NCBI GenBank assembly: GCA_963974305.1 | Contig: CAXBCS010000005.1 | Span: 1,537-65,536, forward strand | Length of the DNA: 64,000 nucleotides | Direction of reading: 5' to 3' | DNA from: an uncultured bacterium | GTDB lineage: Bacteria; Bacteroidota; Bacteroidia; Flavobacteriales; Flavobacteriaceae | Part shown: positions 36,648 through 47,591 of the stretch, piece after piece | How the letters are laid out: the number at the start of each line of letters is the position of its first letter | How positions within the stretch are numbered: the stretch's first letter is position 1 | Notes under the pieces: generated by a model | What the model was told of the DNA's origin: nothing | Seen by the model: the letters and a program-made list of their open reading frames with translations, nothing else | The model's database searches: none | Made by a program: the position numbers and the translations under genes

Positions 36648-39401
36648 CTAATCTGCAATATTCGGTGACAACCATTTTTTCGCTTTCATAAAAGCGATCT
36701 CTTTTCTATTAGCAAAATCCCGTACTTGATCTTCTTTAATCTTACCCAAACCAAAATAACGCGCTTCTGGATGTGCGAAATAATAGCCACTTACGCTGGC
36801 TGCAGGCCACATAGCCAAACTATCTGTCAGAGTAACCCCTATTTCCTTTTCCACTTGAAGTAGCTCCCAGATACTTTCTTTTTCAAGGTGATCTGGACAG
36901 GCGGGATAGCCTGGTGCGGGTCTAATCCCTCTGTACTTTTCTTTTATTAAATCGGTGTTTCCTAATACCTCATCCTTTGCATACCCCCAATGTTTGGTTC
37001 GTACTTCCTTGTGTAAATATTCTGCAAAAGCTTCCGCAAGTCTATCGGCTAAGGCTTTAATCATAATGGAGTTATAATCGTCGAGCTCCTTTTCGAAGGC
37101 TGCTGCCTTTTCTGCAGTACCAAATCCTGTACTTACACAAAATGCCCCAATATAATCTTGTATTCCACTCTCTTTGGGAGCAATAAAATCTGATAATGCG
37201 ATATTAGGTTTCCGTGCTGCTTTTTTGGACTGCTGGCGGAGGGTTCTGAAGGTCTTTGGAGCCCCTATAAGAGAATCATCACCATTAACAGGCGCTCCCT
37301 CTTTGGGAGTCGGGGGGATTACTTCAATATCATCTTGTGCATTGGCATTGGCTTTAAAAAGGCCAAAAACGGCTTTGGCAGTGAGCCAACGTTCGTCAAA
37401 AATCTGCTTCAACATTTCTTGAGCATCTGCAAATAGCTCGGTGGCTTGAGGCCCAACTACAGAATCTTCTAAAATTTCTGGATAGCGACCATGAAGATCC
37501 CAACTTCTAAAAAACGGACTCCAATCAATAAACTCTTCAAGTTTGCGAAGGTCAAAATCGGTGATGGTTTGTACGCCTAATTGAGCAGGTTTATTGATAT
37601 CCTCTGCTTTCCAATCGATATTATATTTATTGGCACGAGCATCTTCAAGACTTAGATACTCTTTGATGCGTTGTCGGGAGTTAAAACTTTCGCGAAAGCG
37701 GGCATACTCTTCTTTGAGTTCGCGTTTATATAGTTTACGCCGACTCTCACATTCTTCTCCTTTATTTTCTTCTAAAAGTAGGTCGCCTACAACAGTTACA
37801 GCACGTGATGCATCATTCACATGGACGACAGCATTTTTGTATTCTGGATCTATTTTCACGGCTGTATGCGCTTTACTGGTCGTTGCTCCACCAATTAGAA
37901 TGGGTATTCTTATGTCTTGGCGTTGCAATTCTTGAGCGAGATATACCATCTCATCTAGGGATGGAGTTATTAATCCACTGAGGCCAATGATATCAACATC
38001 GTTATCAATCGCCGACCGGATTATTTTCTCTGGAGGCACCATAACTCCCAGGTCAATGATCTCATAGTTATTACAAGCAAGCACCACAGAGACTATGTTC
38101 TTTCCAATATCATGAACGTCACCTTTGACAGTAGCCATTAACACTTTTCCAGCAAATCGGTTTCCTCCAGCATTACCTGTTCGCACTTTTTCTTCCTCAA
38201 TAAATGGCAATAAATAGGCCACAGCTTTCTTCATAACGCGAGCACTCTTCACTACCTGCGGAAGAAACATTTTTCCACTTCCAAAAAGATCCCCTACGAC
38301 ATTCATACCCGTCATTAAATGTCCTTCAATGACTTGAATGGGCGCTGAAACCGCCTGCCTTGCCTCTTCAACATCTTCGACGATATAGGCATCTATTCCT
38401 TTGACCAAGGCTCGCGTAATTCGATCCTGAACAGAAGTCTCTCTCCAAGCTTCGGTTGCTTTTTCTGTGATTTCTTTTTGACCCACTGTTTCAGCAAAAT
38501 CTAAAAGACGTTCAGTTGCATCCTCTCTGCGATTAAACATGACATCTTCTACCCGTTCTAGTAAATCAGTAGGAATGTCATCATAAATTTCCAACAAGGC
38601 CGGATTGACAATTCCCATATTCATTCCAGCTTTGATGGCGTGATACAGAAATACCGAATGCATAGCCTCTCGAACGGCATTATTTCCGCGAAAGCTAAAA
38701 GATACATTACTTACACCACCGCTTACACTACAATGGGGAAGGTTAGATCGCACCCAGCGTGTCCCTTCAATAAAGTCAATCGCATTTAACTTATGCTCAT
38801 CCATCCCCGTGGCAACAGGAAAAATATTTAAATCAAAAATGATGTCTTCCGGAGGAAAATGAACAGTATTAACTAGCACATCATAGGATCTCTTTGCAAT
38901 CTCGCAACGTCTCTCATAGGTATCTGCTTGCCCTACCTCATCAAAAGCCATTACGATTACAGCTGCGCCATAACGCTTAATTTTTTTGGCTTGTTCTATA
39001 AAAACGGCTTCTCCTTCCTTTAAACTTATTGAATTTACTACACATTTCCCCTGTACCACTTGAAGTCCCGCTTCAATGATCTCCCATTTTGAACTATCAA
39101 TCATAATAGGAACGCGAGAAATATCGGGTTCGGCGATAACGAGGTTTAGAAAGCGAACCATAGCTTCTTTTCCATCAATAAGGCCATCATCCATATTGAT
39201 ATCGATGATTTGGGCGCCATTCTCTACTTGGTCGCGAGCAACAGTTAGCGCCTCTTCAAACTTCTCCTCCTTTATGAGTCGGAGAAATTTTTTGGAACCT
39301 GCGACATTTGCACGTTCGCCCACATTGATAAAATTACTTTGTGGAGTAATAATGAGGGGTTCTAAGCCTGAAAGCTTCAAATATTTTGGTGAGTTGCTCA
39401 T
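36648..39401 (-). CDS. metH: B12-dependent methionine synthase: pterin-binding, cobalamin-binding and reactivation domains
   Basis: [23 protein letters not shown] cobalamin motif, [19 protein letters not shown]. Confidence 0.96.
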   Translation of the reverse strand: MSNSPKYLKLSGLEPLIITPQSNFINVGERANVAGSKKFLRLIKEEKFEEALTVARDQVENGAQIIDINMDDGLIDGKEAMVRFLNLVIAEPDISRVPIMIDSSKWEIIEAGLQVVQGKCVVNSISLKEGEAVFIEQAKKIKRYGAAVIVMAFDEVGQADTYERRCEIAKRSYDVLVNTVHFPPEDIIFDLNIFPVATGMDEHKLNAIDFIEGTRWVRSNLPHCSVSGGVSNVSFSFRGNNAVREAMHSVFLYHAIKAGMNMGIVNPALLEIYDDIPTDLLERVEDVMFNRREDATERLLDFAETVGQKEITEKATEAWRETSVQDRITRALVKGIDAYIVEDVEEARQAVSAPIQVIEGHLMTGMNVVGDLFGSGKMFLPQVVKSARVMKKAVAYLLPFIEEEKVRTGNAGGNRFAGKVLMATVKGDVHDIGKNIVSVVLACNNYEIIDLGVMVPPEKIIRSAIDNDVDIIGLSGLITPSLDEMVYLAQELQRQDIRIPILIGGATTSKAHTAVKIDPEYKNAVVHVNDASRAVTVVGDLLLEENKGEECESRRKLYKRELKEEYARFRESFNSRQRIKEYLSLEDARANKYNIDWKAEDINKPAQLGVQTITDFDLRKLEEFIDWSPFFRSWDLHGRYPEILEDSVVGPQATELFADAQEMLKQIFDERWLTAKAVFGLFKANANAQDDIEVIPPTPKEGAPVNGDDSLIGAPKTFRTLRQQSKKAARKPNIALSDFIAPKESGIQDYIGAFCVSTGFGTAEKAAAFEKELDDYNSIMIKALADRLAEAFAEYLHKEVRTKHWGYAKDEVLGNTDLIKEKYRGIRPAPGYPACPDHLEKESIWELLQVEKEIGVTLTDSLAMWPAASVSGYYFAHPEARYFGLGKIKEDQVRDFANRKEIAFMKAKKWLSPNIAD
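37253..37320 (-). repeat. degenerate REP doublet translated inside metH
   Basis: Minus strand ATCCCCCCGACTCCCAAAGAGGGAGC...CTCTTATAGGGGCTCC encodes [21 protein letters not shown]. Confidence 0.55.
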
Positions 39402-40400
39402 TTAAAACTGACAGTTTCTTGGGGTTACATTTTCAACGAGGGCAGCAATTGCCTTTATGTGTTCTGGCTGTGTGCCACAACAACCTCCAATGATATTGAC
39501 AAGGCTTTTATCTATGTATTTTTTGATTTGTGATGCCATTTGCTCTGGTGTTTCGTCATAGGCTCCAAAGGCATTAGGCAAGCCAGCATTGGGATGAGCT
39601 GAAATTCCAAAAGTTGTTCGTGAGGCAATAGCTTCCAAATGCGGTTGTAATTGAGAAGCACCTAGAGCACAATTAAACCCTACTGTAAGTAATGGAATAT
39701 GAGAAATAGAAATCAAAAAAGCTTCAGCGGTTTGCCCAGACAAAGTTCTGCCTGAAGCGTCAGTAATCGTTCCAGAAACCATGACTGGAATGTTAGAATT
39801 GCGCTCTTCTTTCACCTCTTCTATCGCAAACAAGGCTGCTTTAGCATTTAGGGTATCAAAAACCGTTTCTACTAATAAAATATCTACACCGCCATCGATT
39901 AATGCTTCAACTTGTTGCTTATAAGCTAGGCGTAGTTGGTCAAAAGAAACAGCTCGAAAACCTGGATCATTAACATCAGGAGACATACTAGCCGTCTTGT
40001 TTGTTGGCCCAATACTTCCAGCGACAAAACGAGGTTTGTGAGGCTCCCGATCAGTAAAAGATTGGGCAACTTCCTTGGCAATTTTCGCGGAAGCGAAATT
40101 TAACTCATACACCACATCTTCCAATTCATAATCGGCCATGGCGATAACAGTACTTGAGAAGGTATTTGTTTCGATGATATCGGCGCCGGCGGCAAAGTAT
40201 TTACCGTGAATCTCTGCAATGGCCTTAGGCTGAGTGATACTTAATAAATCATTATTCCCCTTAAGCGGAATATGAAAATCGGCAAATCGCTCCCCTCGAA
40301 AGTCTTCTTCGGTAAATTTATAGGCCTGAAGCATGGTCCCCATGGCTCCATCGAGAACCAGGATTCGTTTTGATAATGCTTGTTTTAATTTGTCTGTCAT
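39402..40400 (-). CDS. homocysteine S-methyltransferase domain (N-terminal half of split MetH)
   Basis: LDGAMGT, ETNTF, AGSIGPT, LVET.FDTLN.KAA, GFNCALG, PNAGLPN, GGCCGT. Confidence 0.95.
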   Translation of the reverse strand: MTDKLKQALSKRILVLDGAMGTMLQAYKFTEEDFRGERFADFHIPLKGNNDLLSITQPKAIAEIHGKYFAAGADIIETNTFSSTVIAMADYELEDVVYELNFASAKIAKEVAQSFTDREPHKPRFVAGSIGPTNKTASMSPDVNDPGFRAVSFDQLRLAYKQQVEALIDGGVDILLVETVFDTLNAKAALFAIEEVKEERNSNIPVMVSGTITDASGRTLSGQTAEAFLISISHIPLLTVGFNCALGASQLQPHLEAIASRTTFGISAHPNAGLPNAFGAYDETPEQMASQIKKYIDKSLVNIIGGCCGTQPEHIKAIAALVENVTPRNCQF

Positions 40401-41563
40401 TTGAGAGCTTGTTCAATGTCGTTTAGTATATCCTCTTTATGTTCTAGGCCAACAGAAATTCGAACAAGACCATCTGTAATGCCCACCTCTTTTCTATCCA
40501 ATGGACTCAACCTGGCATGCGTGGTCGATGCGGGATGTGTCACAATGGTCCTGGTGTCTCCAAGGTTTGCTGTAAGTGAACACATTTGGATAGCATCCAA
40601 AAACCTCTTACCACTTTCTAGTCCGCCCTTAATCTCAAAAGCGATTACATTGCCCCCAAGTTTCATTTGTTTTTTGGCTATGAGGTAGTTGGGATGCGAT
40701 TTTAAGAAGGGATAATGTACTTTTATAACACTTTGATGAGCTTCTAAAAATTGGGCTACTTCCATTGCATTTTCACAATGTTTATCAACTCGTACGGCGA
40801 GAGTTTCAAGACTTTTGGAAAGAGTCCATGCATTGAATGGTGATAAAGCCGGACCTGTAATTCGTGCAAACCTATAAACAATGTCTACTAGATCTGCCCT
40901 ACCAACAGTTACACCTCCCATTACCCGACCTTGTCCATCAATCAACTTGGTTGCCGAATGGATCACTAAATCGGCGCCAAATTTTATAGGTTGTTGTAAA
41001 TAAGGAGTAGCAAAACAATTGTCAACAATAAAGATGAGATTATGCTTTCGCGAAAGCGCACCTAACATTTCTAAATCTATAATATCAACTCCTGGATTTG
41101 TTGGAGACTCCACATATAGAATTTTAGTCTCTGGACGGATCAAACCTTCTATTTGATCCAATTGATTGACATTGAAATAGCTATGTGAAATATTCCATTT
41201 GGGAAAATAGTTTGTAAACAAACTGTGTGTATTTCCGAAGATTGCCCTTGCCGAGACCACATGATCCCCACTATCGAGGAGCGCTGCAAAAGTGCTAAAG
41301 ATTGCCGACATACCCGTTGCAAACGCATGGCCGGCTGCCGCACCTTCCCACTGGCACATTTTCGTCACAAACTCGGCGACATTAGGATTCGTATACCGAC
41401 TGTAGATATTGCGTTGTTTTTCTTCGGCGAAAGAGGCTCGCATATCTTCAGAATCATCAAATACAAAGCTAGATGTCAAAAAAATAGGCACCGAGTGCTC
41501 CGCATGTTGAGAGCGTTCAATTTGGGTACGGATAGCTTGGGTTTCTGGTTTTGTTTTGATCAT
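40397..41563 (-). CDS. O-succinylhomoserine sulfhydrylase-like PLP enzyme (MetZ-like)
   Basis: YSRYTNP, ATGMSA, ESPTNP, VDNCFATP, HSATK.IDGQG, NLGD.RT.V.HPASTTH. Confidence 0.8.
   Translation of the reverse strand: MIKTKPETQAIRTQIERSQHAEHSVPIFLTSSFVFDDSEDMRASFAEEKQRNIYSRYTNPNVAEFVTKMCQWEGAAAGHAFATGMSAIFSTFAALLDSGDHVVSARAIFGNTHSLFTNYFPKWNISHSYFNVNQLDQIEGLIRPETKILYVESPTNPGVDIIDLEMLGALSRKHNLIFIVDNCFATPYLQQPIKFGADLVIHSATKLIDGQGRVMGGVTVGRADLVDIVYRFARITGPALSPFNAWTLSKSLETLAVRVDKHCENAMEVAQFLEAHQSVIKVHYPFLKSHPNYLIAKKQMKLGGNVIAFEIKGGLESGKRFLDAIQMCSLTANLGDTRTIVTHPASTTHARLSPLDRKEVGITDGLVRISVGLEHKEDILNDIEQALK
41044..41057. repeat. palindrome GCTTTCGCGAAAGC, copy 6
   Basis: Inside the MetZ-like gene, read as LSRKH. 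Confidence 0.95.
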
Positions 41564-41644
41564 TTTTTTATAAGCTTGGTCGGAATTCATTTTTACCTAA
41601 TTCATTCAATCGATTTAGGAACGTAGAATAGAACCGCTTCTATT

Positions 41645-42745
41645 TTAATTATACGAATGTGCTACTTTCAAAATATCTCCTAATACACCTCTAGCCGTTA
41701 CAACTTTTCCTGCTCCTGCACCTTGAATTACTAATGGCTGTTCTCCATAGGAACGGGAATAAATTTCAAAAACAGCATCGGCTCCTTTAGTTTGACCTAA
41801 AGCTGTTGAGGTCGGTTCTTGGACAAGTTTCACTTCAAAACGCTTCGTTTTCAAATCCAATTCACCTACATGACGCAGCACTTCCCCTTCTCCTAAAGAA
41901 CTTTTACTTTTGGCTAAAACGGCATTTAGTTTTTTGATACTTTCGTGAAATTGCGGCAATGTAGTTTGCCCATTTAATTCTTTAGGGACTAAGGATTGTA
42001 CGCTTACATCTTCAAATTCATGTTTTAATCCTATCTCTCTTCCTAAAATTAACAATTTACGAGCTACATCATTGCCTGATAGGTCTTCACGTACATCTGG
42101 CTCGGTAAGTCCTAAGGCATCTGCTTCCAGCAAGATTTCTGAGAACTCCTTTTCTTCTTTGGAGAAGGTGTTAAACAAATAGCTTAAAGAACCAGAAAAT
42201 ACTCCCCTTATTTTTTGAATCTCTTCCCCACTATTATGCAAATTTTTTATTGTTTCAATGATAGGAAGCCCTGAACCCACATTTGTTTCGTAATGAAACT
42301 GCTTTTTATGAATATCCAATGCCTCTCTTAATTCTGTATAAAAACTGTAGGAGAGGGAGTTGGCTATTTTATTTGCTGTGACTAAATGAAATCCATTTTC
42401 AATAAGGGATATATACTGTTTGACAAAATCCCCGCTTGCAGTCAGGTCTACGGCAATAAATGGTTCGTCAGAAATATATTGTTCTTTCGACTTTAACTTC
42501 TCTTTTTGGGAATAAATATCCTCCATAGTATATGGATAGCTATTTGTATCAAAATCAGTTTTCCAAGTATCACTATCCGTGTGGTCTGAGAATAAAGCTA
42601 ACTTAGAGTTTGCAATAACAAAGACATTTATTTTTGTCGCATTGGAGTTCTTTTTAGAGCGTTCATTATAGCTTGCAATTTGTTTGAGAAGCGTACTTCC
42701 CACGTTACCAATACCAAAAATGGCGAGGTTTAATGTTGTTGACAT
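41645..42745 (-). CDS. stand-alone homoserine dehydrogenase
   Basis: GIGNVG, VTANK, YETNVGSGLP, SGSL.Y, EPD.R.DLSG.DVARK, GAGAG..VTA; no aspartokinase domain. Confidence 0.9.
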   Translation of the reverse strand: MSTTLNLAIFGIGNVGSTLLKQIASYNERSKKNSNATKINVFVIANSKLALFSDHTDSDTWKTDFDTNSYPYTMEDIYSQKEKLKSKEQYISDEPFIAVDLTASGDFVKQYISLIENGFHLVTANKIANSLSYSFYTELREALDIHKKQFHYETNVGSGLPIIETIKNLHNSGEEIQKIRGVFSGSLSYLFNTFSKEEKEFSEILLEADALGLTEPDVREDLSGNDVARKLLILGREIGLKHEFEDVSVQSLVPKELNGQTTLPQFHESIKKLNAVLAKSKSSLGEGEVLRHVGELDLKTKRFEVKLVQEPTSTALGQTKGADAVFEIYSRSYGEQPLVIQGAGAGKVVTARGVLGDILKVAHSYN

Positions 42746-43713
42746 AATATGTTTGAAAAAATGGGTTTAATAATTGCTTCCAATTGTTCATATTCAATAA
42801 GGAAGGCGTCATGTCCATGTATGGATTGAATTTCATGATAACTTGATGGCACCTTTGAGGCTTGCAGCAGTTCATGGGTTTCTTGAATTTCGTTGGCTAA
42901 AAAAAGTCCATCAGAATCTATTGCAACCAAGTGTACTTGACATTGCAAATCTTGAAATACAGCTTCAATATCCTGCTCACCATGAGTGATATCGGCGCTT
43001 CCTAATAGATGATTCATTAGTCTATATGCATGAATCGAAAATCTTTCTTCCAAACGTTTTCCATGATGCAACAGCCAACTTTCAATATTATATAGGCTAC
43101 CATCATCAGATTTACTGCGTTGAAACTTTTCTTTAAAAGAGGCAGGCGTGCGATAAAAGGTCATCGCATGCATACGTGCATCGTGGATAGGTTGGAGTGA
43201 ATTCTGAAGAATTTGTTCTTGTATTCTACATTGAGCTACTACCCAATCTGTCGCTTTCCAATCGGAAGCAATCGGGATGAGATGTTGGACCAATTGCGGC
43301 TGGGAAACTGCGAGTTCCCATGCAATTTGCCCCCCAAGAGAACCACCTATAACTGCAAATAACTTTTCTATTTTTAGTTCTTTTATGATTTCAAATTGCA
43401 ACTGAGCAATGTCTTTATTGGTGAAAGCTTTATACTCTTCAATAAAATGAGCAGCAGCACCTCCATGACCATTGCCAGGAATATCGATAGCGAGTATCGT
43501 AAAAGCATGCGTATCGATTGCCTTAGCAGGACCAATCAATGCATTCCACCAACCGTCATCGCCAGTCACTGAAGAGTTTCCTGTGAGTGCATGATTGACT
43601 AAAACGACTGGAGCCGAATGTATCGGTTCGCCAAACACCTGATAGGTCACCACTAAATCGCAGTGATGACCTATTTGGGTTTGGAAATTTTTTATGGATT
43701 GTGATTTTAGCAT
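42730..43713 (-). CDS. metX: homoserine O-acyltransferase (alpha/beta hydrolase)
   Basis: NHALTGNS, WW..LIG, GGSLGG nucleophile, DSD.LF, HGHDAFL. Confidence 0.88.
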   Translation of the reverse strand: MLKSQSIKNFQTQIGHHCDLVVTYQVFGEPIHSAPVVLVNHALTGNSSVTGDDGWWNALIGPAKAIDTHAFTILAIDIPGNGHGGAAAHFIEEYKAFTNKDIAQLQFEIIKELKIEKLFAVIGGSLGGQIAWELAVSQPQLVQHLIPIASDWKATDWVVAQCRIQEQILQNSLQPIHDARMHAMTFYRTPASFKEKFQRSKSDDGSLYNIESWLLHHGKRLEERFSIHAYRLMNHLLGSADITHGEQDIEAVFQDLQCQVHLVAIDSDGLFLANEIQETHELLQASKVPSSYHEIQSIHGHDAFLIEYEQLEAIIKPIFSNILCQQH

Positions 43714-43724
43714 CTTCTTTTGGA

Positions 43725-45017
43725 TTAGGCTAAAACGGCGCGATCCACTTTGGCGAAAGCCGCAACCAAATCATTTTTTAAATCCTCAATATCCTCTAAA
43801 CCAACTGAAAGTCGGATCAAATCTTGCGTCACTCCTGTCGAAGCTTGAGCATCGGCACTTAATTGCTGATGAGTGGTGCTTGCTGGGTGGATTATCAATG
43901 ATTTACTATCCCCAATATTGGCCAATAGTGAAAACAATTCTGTTTCATTGGCTATTGTTTTGGCACTTTCAAAGCCACCTTTTACTCCAAAAGTTACAAC
44001 GCCGCTTTGTCCTTTAGGCAAGTACACATCAGACAAGTGCTTATAGGCACTACTTTCCAAACCAGGATAATTTACCCAGTCAACTTCTTCTTGTTGTTCT
44101 AGCCATTGTGCTAATGCGAGTGCATTTTGAGAATGTTTTTTAATTCGGATATCTAATGTTTCTAACCCTTGAATAATTTGAAAGGCGTTGAACGGACTAA
44201 GTGCAGCTCCGTGATCGCGTAGACCTTCGATACGCGCTTTGGCTATAAAGGCTGCAGCGCCAAGTACATCGTGATAAACGAGTCCGTGATAGCCTGCAGA
44301 CGGCTCTGTAAATTCAGGAAACTTGCCAGAAGACCAATCAAATGTTCCTGCGTCAATTATGGCTCCACCTAGGGAAGTTCCGTTTCCATTAATGTATTTA
44401 CTAAGGGAGTGAATTACAATATTAGCGCCGTGTTCGATCGGATTTAATAATGCAGGTGTCGCAACTGTGTTGTCTACGATAAGCGGGACTTTGTGCGCTT
44501 TCGCGAAAGCGGAAATACCTTTAATATCAAGAACGTCAAGTTTAGGATTCCCTAAAGACTCAATAAAGAATGCACGGGTATTTTCTTGAGCTGCAATTTC
44601 AAAATTCTTAGGATCTGATGGATCTACAAAGGTTGTTGTAATGCCAAAACGAGGCAGAGTAACACTTAATAAATTGTAGGTGCCTCCATACAAACTGCTT
44701 GAGGCTACAATGTGATCTCCAGAACGGAGTAGAGTGAGCAAAGTAGTATTGATAGCTGCCGCCCCAGAAGCTGTAACAACTGCTGCCAAACCACCCTCAA
44801 TCGCAGCCAATCGTTTTTCTAGAATATCATTGGTAGGATTGTTGAGGCGGGTGTAAATAAATCCCGCTTCGGAAAGATTGAACAAATTGGCCGCATGATC
44901 AGCATCGTTAAATACATAGGCCGTCGATTGATAAATGGGCACTGCTCTTGTTCCTCCGGTAAGTGCTGTGTCGTGTCCTGCATGCAACGCTTGGGTTGCT
45001 AGTTGATGTGTACTCAT
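43725..45017 (-). CDS. metY: O-acetylhomoserine aminocarboxypropyltransferase
   Basis: AVPIYQ, YTRLNNPT, ESLGNP, VDNT.ATP, HSLSK, LANIGD.KSL.IHPASTTH. Confidence 0.9.
   Translation of the reverse strand: MSTHQLATQALHAGHDTALTGGTRAVPIYQSTAYVFNDADHAANLFNLSEAGFIYTRLNNPTNDILEKRLAAIEGGLAAVVTASGAAAINTTLLTLLRSGDHIVASSSLYGGTYNLLSVTLPRFGITTTFVDPSDPKNFEIAAQENTRAFFIESLGNPKLDVLDIKGISAFAKAHKVPLIVDNTVATPALLNPIEHGANIVIHSLSKYINGNGTSLGGAIIDAGTFDWSSGKFPEFTEPSAGYHGLVYHDVLGAAAFIAKARIEGLRDHGAALSPFNAFQIIQGLETLDIRIKKHSQNALALAQWLEQQEEVDWVNYPGLESSAYKHLSDVYLPKGQSGVVTFGVKGGFESAKTIANETELFSLLANIGDSKSLIIHPASTTHQQLSADAQASTGVTQDLIRLSVGLEDIEDLKNDLVAAFAKVDRAVLA
44496..44511. repeat. palindrome CGCTTTCGCGAAAGCG, copy 7
   Basis: Inside metY, read as AFAKA. 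Confidence 0.95.
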
Positions 45018-45160
45018 TTTTCTAATTTTTTGAGTTTAATAATTTCCAATCGCTTCGTGCGAGCGGATTAAATACAAAAGTCAAATACCCCAACATTGGA
45101 GTATCGAAAGAAAAATATTATAAGAATAAACATGGTAAGCACTGAAAGTACTTACTCGCT

Positions 45161-45279
45161 GTTATCTATCTCGACCTCCAAAAATGACTGGTGGTGTGAG
45201 TAGAATGTAGCACCTTCTTTCTAAGTGAAAGGGTTGCTAAGGCTTCAACGGGTCTAATCCCTCTGCCTTTCTTGATAAC
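45161..45279 (-). ncRNA. SAM-I riboswitch upstream of the met operon
   Basis: Minus strand GTTATCAAGAAAGGCAGAGGGATTAGACCCGTTGAAGCCTTAGCAACC...GGTGCT...GATAGATAAC; followed by the GTAAGTAC/GTGCTTAC hairpin. Confidence 0.92.
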
Positions 45280-45518
45280 ATTTCAATAAATCGTTGAACT
45301 TCTTGAGCACAAAGATTGCAATACTTAAAGGACATAACCAAATGAAAACGGAAATATTTTCTAAATAAATGAATAAATACATTATTAACAGAAAATATAT
45401 CTCTCTATTTAAATTTTTATAGTTTTAAAATCAGTTCATTACGAATACCGCATATTCAAGATTTCTTTCAATTGCCAACTCCCCCGTAAAACATTATTGC
45501 CGTAACTAAAAGTTTAAG

Positions 45519-45526
45519 TACCTTTG
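45519..45526 (+). promoter_or_regulatory. -7 element (TACCTTTG) for metK
   Basis: TAnnTTTG immediately before the SAM-II-like motif. Confidence 0.65.
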
Positions 45527-45534
45527 CCTCATAA

Positions 45535-45582
45535 TCGAGGAAAGATTTGACTGATTGCAACCTCTCAAAAAAATGCCTAAAA
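45535..45582 (+). ncRNA. SAM-II-like riboswitch upstream of metK
   Basis: GAGG/CCTC stem enclosing GATTTGAC..TTGCA, then AAATG.CTAAAA, matching the SAM-II pseudoknot layout; complementary GTCAAATC at 45633-45640. Confidence 0.7.
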
Positions 45583-45667
45583 CCAACAACACAACTTTAA
45601 CAGTTCTGTTGTTATGTTTCTACCGCTTGCTCGTCAAATCGACTTTCTCATCAAATTTTTATAGTTA

Positions 45668-46921
45668 ATGGCCTATTTATTTACCTCAGAGAGTGTATCT
45701 GAAGGACACCCCGACAAAGTTGCAGATCAAATTAGTGATGCACTTATTGACAATTTCTTAGCCTTTGATCCAGACAGTAAAGTTGCCTGTGAGACATTGG
45801 TAACCACTGGTCAAGTTTTTCTTGCTGGTGAAGTAAAAAGTAGCGCATATTTAGATGTGCAAAAAATCGCGCGTGAAGCCATTCGTAAGATTGGTTATAC
45901 CAAGGGAGAATATATGTTTGATGCAAATTCGTGTAGCGTCCTTTCGGCGATTCATGAACAATCAGATGATATTAATCGTGGGGTGGATCGTGATACCAAA
46001 GAAGAGCAAGGAGCAGGAGATCAAGGAATGATGTTTGGTTATGCGACCAAAGAGACGGCAGACTACATGCCATTGGCCTTAGATTTATCACATAAGATTC
46101 TTATTGAATTGGCAGATTTACGTCGTGAGAATGATGAAATTACTTATTTACGACCTGATTCAAAAAGTCAAGTAACTATTGAATATAGTGACAATAATGT
46201 ACCTCAACGTATAGATGCGATTGTAATATCTACACAACATGATGGTTTTGATGAGGACGACGTTATGCTTGCCCGTATCCGTCAAGATATAGTGGATATT
46301 CTAATACCAAGATTGGTAGGTAAATTACCACAAAAAGTAGCTGCATTATTTAATGACAGTATTAAATATCACATTAATCCAACAGGAAAATTTGTGATTG
46401 GTGGACCTCATGGAGATACTGGCCTGACAGGACGAAAAATTATTGTTGACACCTATGGTGGAAAAGGAGCCCACGGAGGTGGTGCTTTCTCTGGAAAGGA
46501 TCCATCTAAAGTAGATCGCTCGGCAGCTTATGCTACACGACATATCGCTAAAAATCTTGTTGCTGCTGGTGTAGCCGATGAATTACTTGTACAGGTTTCT
46601 TATGCTATAGGCGTCGTAGAACCAATGGGTATTTTTGTAGATACATATGGAACTTCAAAAGTTGGCTTAACCAATGGAGAAATTGCAGCCAAGGTTACTG
46701 AAATCTTTGATATGCGCCCAGCTGCTATTGAATCTCGCCTAAAATTACGAACTCCAATGTACAGTGAAACTGCTGCATACGGACATATGGGACGTAAAAA
46801 CGAGACAGTAACAAAAACCTTTGAGCGCTTTGACGGAACAACACAAGAAATGTCTGTTGAGTTGTTTACTTGGGAGAAATTAGATTATGTAGATAAAGTA
46901 AAAGCTGCATTTGGCTTGTAA
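45668..46921 (+). CDS. metK: S-adenosylmethionine synthetase
   Basis: [52 protein letters not shown]. Confidence 0.97.
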   Translation: MAYLFTSESVSEGHPDKVADQISDALIDNFLAFDPDSKVACETLVTTGQVFLAGEVKSSAYLDVQKIAREAIRKIGYTKGEYMFDANSCSVLSAIHEQSDDINRGVDRDTKEEQGAGDQGMMFGYATKETADYMPLALDLSHKILIELADLRRENDEITYLRPDSKSQVTIEYSDNNVPQRIDAIVISTQHDGFDEDDVMLARIRQDIVDILIPRLVGKLPQKVAALFNDSIKYHINPTGKFVIGGPHGDTGLTGRKIIVDTYGGKGAHGGGAFSGKDPSKVDRSAAYATRHIAKNLVAAGVADELLVQVSYAIGVVEPMGIFVDTYGTSKVGLTNGEIAAKVTEIFDMRPAAIESRLKLRTPMYSETAAYGHMGRKNETVTKTFERFDGTTQEMSVELFTWEKLDYVDKVKAAFGL

Positions 46922-46943
46922 TTATCTTTGATATATAAATTAG

Positions 46944-46974
46944 AAAACCCTGGCCAGATGGTCAGGGTTTTTTT
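46944..46974 (+). terminator. metK terminator (possibly bidirectional)
   Basis: AAAACCCTGGCC-AGAT-GGTCAGGGTTTT plus T run. Confidence 0.75.
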
Positions 46975-47007
46975 ATGGTGTAACGAATAGCGGCACCTTT
47001 TATACTA

Positions 47008-47544
47008 TTATTCAAATACTATACTATCTACCTCAATTTCAAAAGTAGTCGCAGCCTTTGTATTTGAGATCAAACCAAGTCTTATGATTTCTTTGAGGTC
47101 TTCTTTGGACGGATTGCCTGAAATCTCTTCTCCTAAACGATAGGTTTTGAAATCTTCAAGCTGGAGACTCATTGTTTTCCATGCTCCATCTGTAATTGGA
47201 AGATTCACTTTATAATTAGGCCTCCAAAATTGTCTGTATTTATTAAGAGTAAGTCCAAAATCCTGTCCCGTAGACCTATATCTCACCGACACCATTTTGT
47301 AGGACGACAAATCATAGTCTCCGTAGGAAGTTCGCAAAGATGCAAAGCCTCCATTATTTTCTAATGAGACATTACCTTTAAAAATAATACTACTCTCTGT
47401 CATTGATACATCACCTTGAGAACGACCTCCCATAACTCCATCAAGCACAACAAACCAGTCATCGCAGGAATCACAAGTAGTTCCAAAATCAAAAGTCAAA
47501 GACGGCATACTAGTAAACAGAAAGATTAATAAAACATATTTCAT
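47008..47544 (-). CDS. CIA30 family protein
   Basis: VLDGVMGG.S, G.VSLENNGGFAS; start taken at MKYVLL. Confidence 0.85.
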   Translation of the reverse strand: MKYVLLIFLFTSMPSLTFDFGTTCDSCDDWFVVLDGVMGGRSQGDVSMTESSIIFKGNVSLENNGGFASLRTSYGDYDLSSYKMVSVRYRSTGQDFGLTLNKYRQFWRPNYKVNLPITDGAWKTMSLQLEDFKTYRLGEEISGNPSKEDLKEIIRLGLISNTKAATTFEIEVDSIVFE

Positions 47545-47570
47545 AGCGTTTTCCCTTAAAGGTACGCTTT

Positions 47571-47591
47571 CCTGCCTAAAGGACAGGCAGG
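47571..47591. repeat. mini-palindromic element CCTGCCTAAAGGACAGGCAGG inserted in a degenerate GCTTTCGCGAAA site
   Basis: CCTGCCT/AGGCAGG arms; flanks CGCTTT and CGCGAAA rejoin to CGCTTTCGCGAAA. Confidence 0.75.

Noticed and set aside
36648-40400. MetH split into two genes
   Set aside because: Usual arrangement in Bacteroidetes; both parts have proper starts and stops
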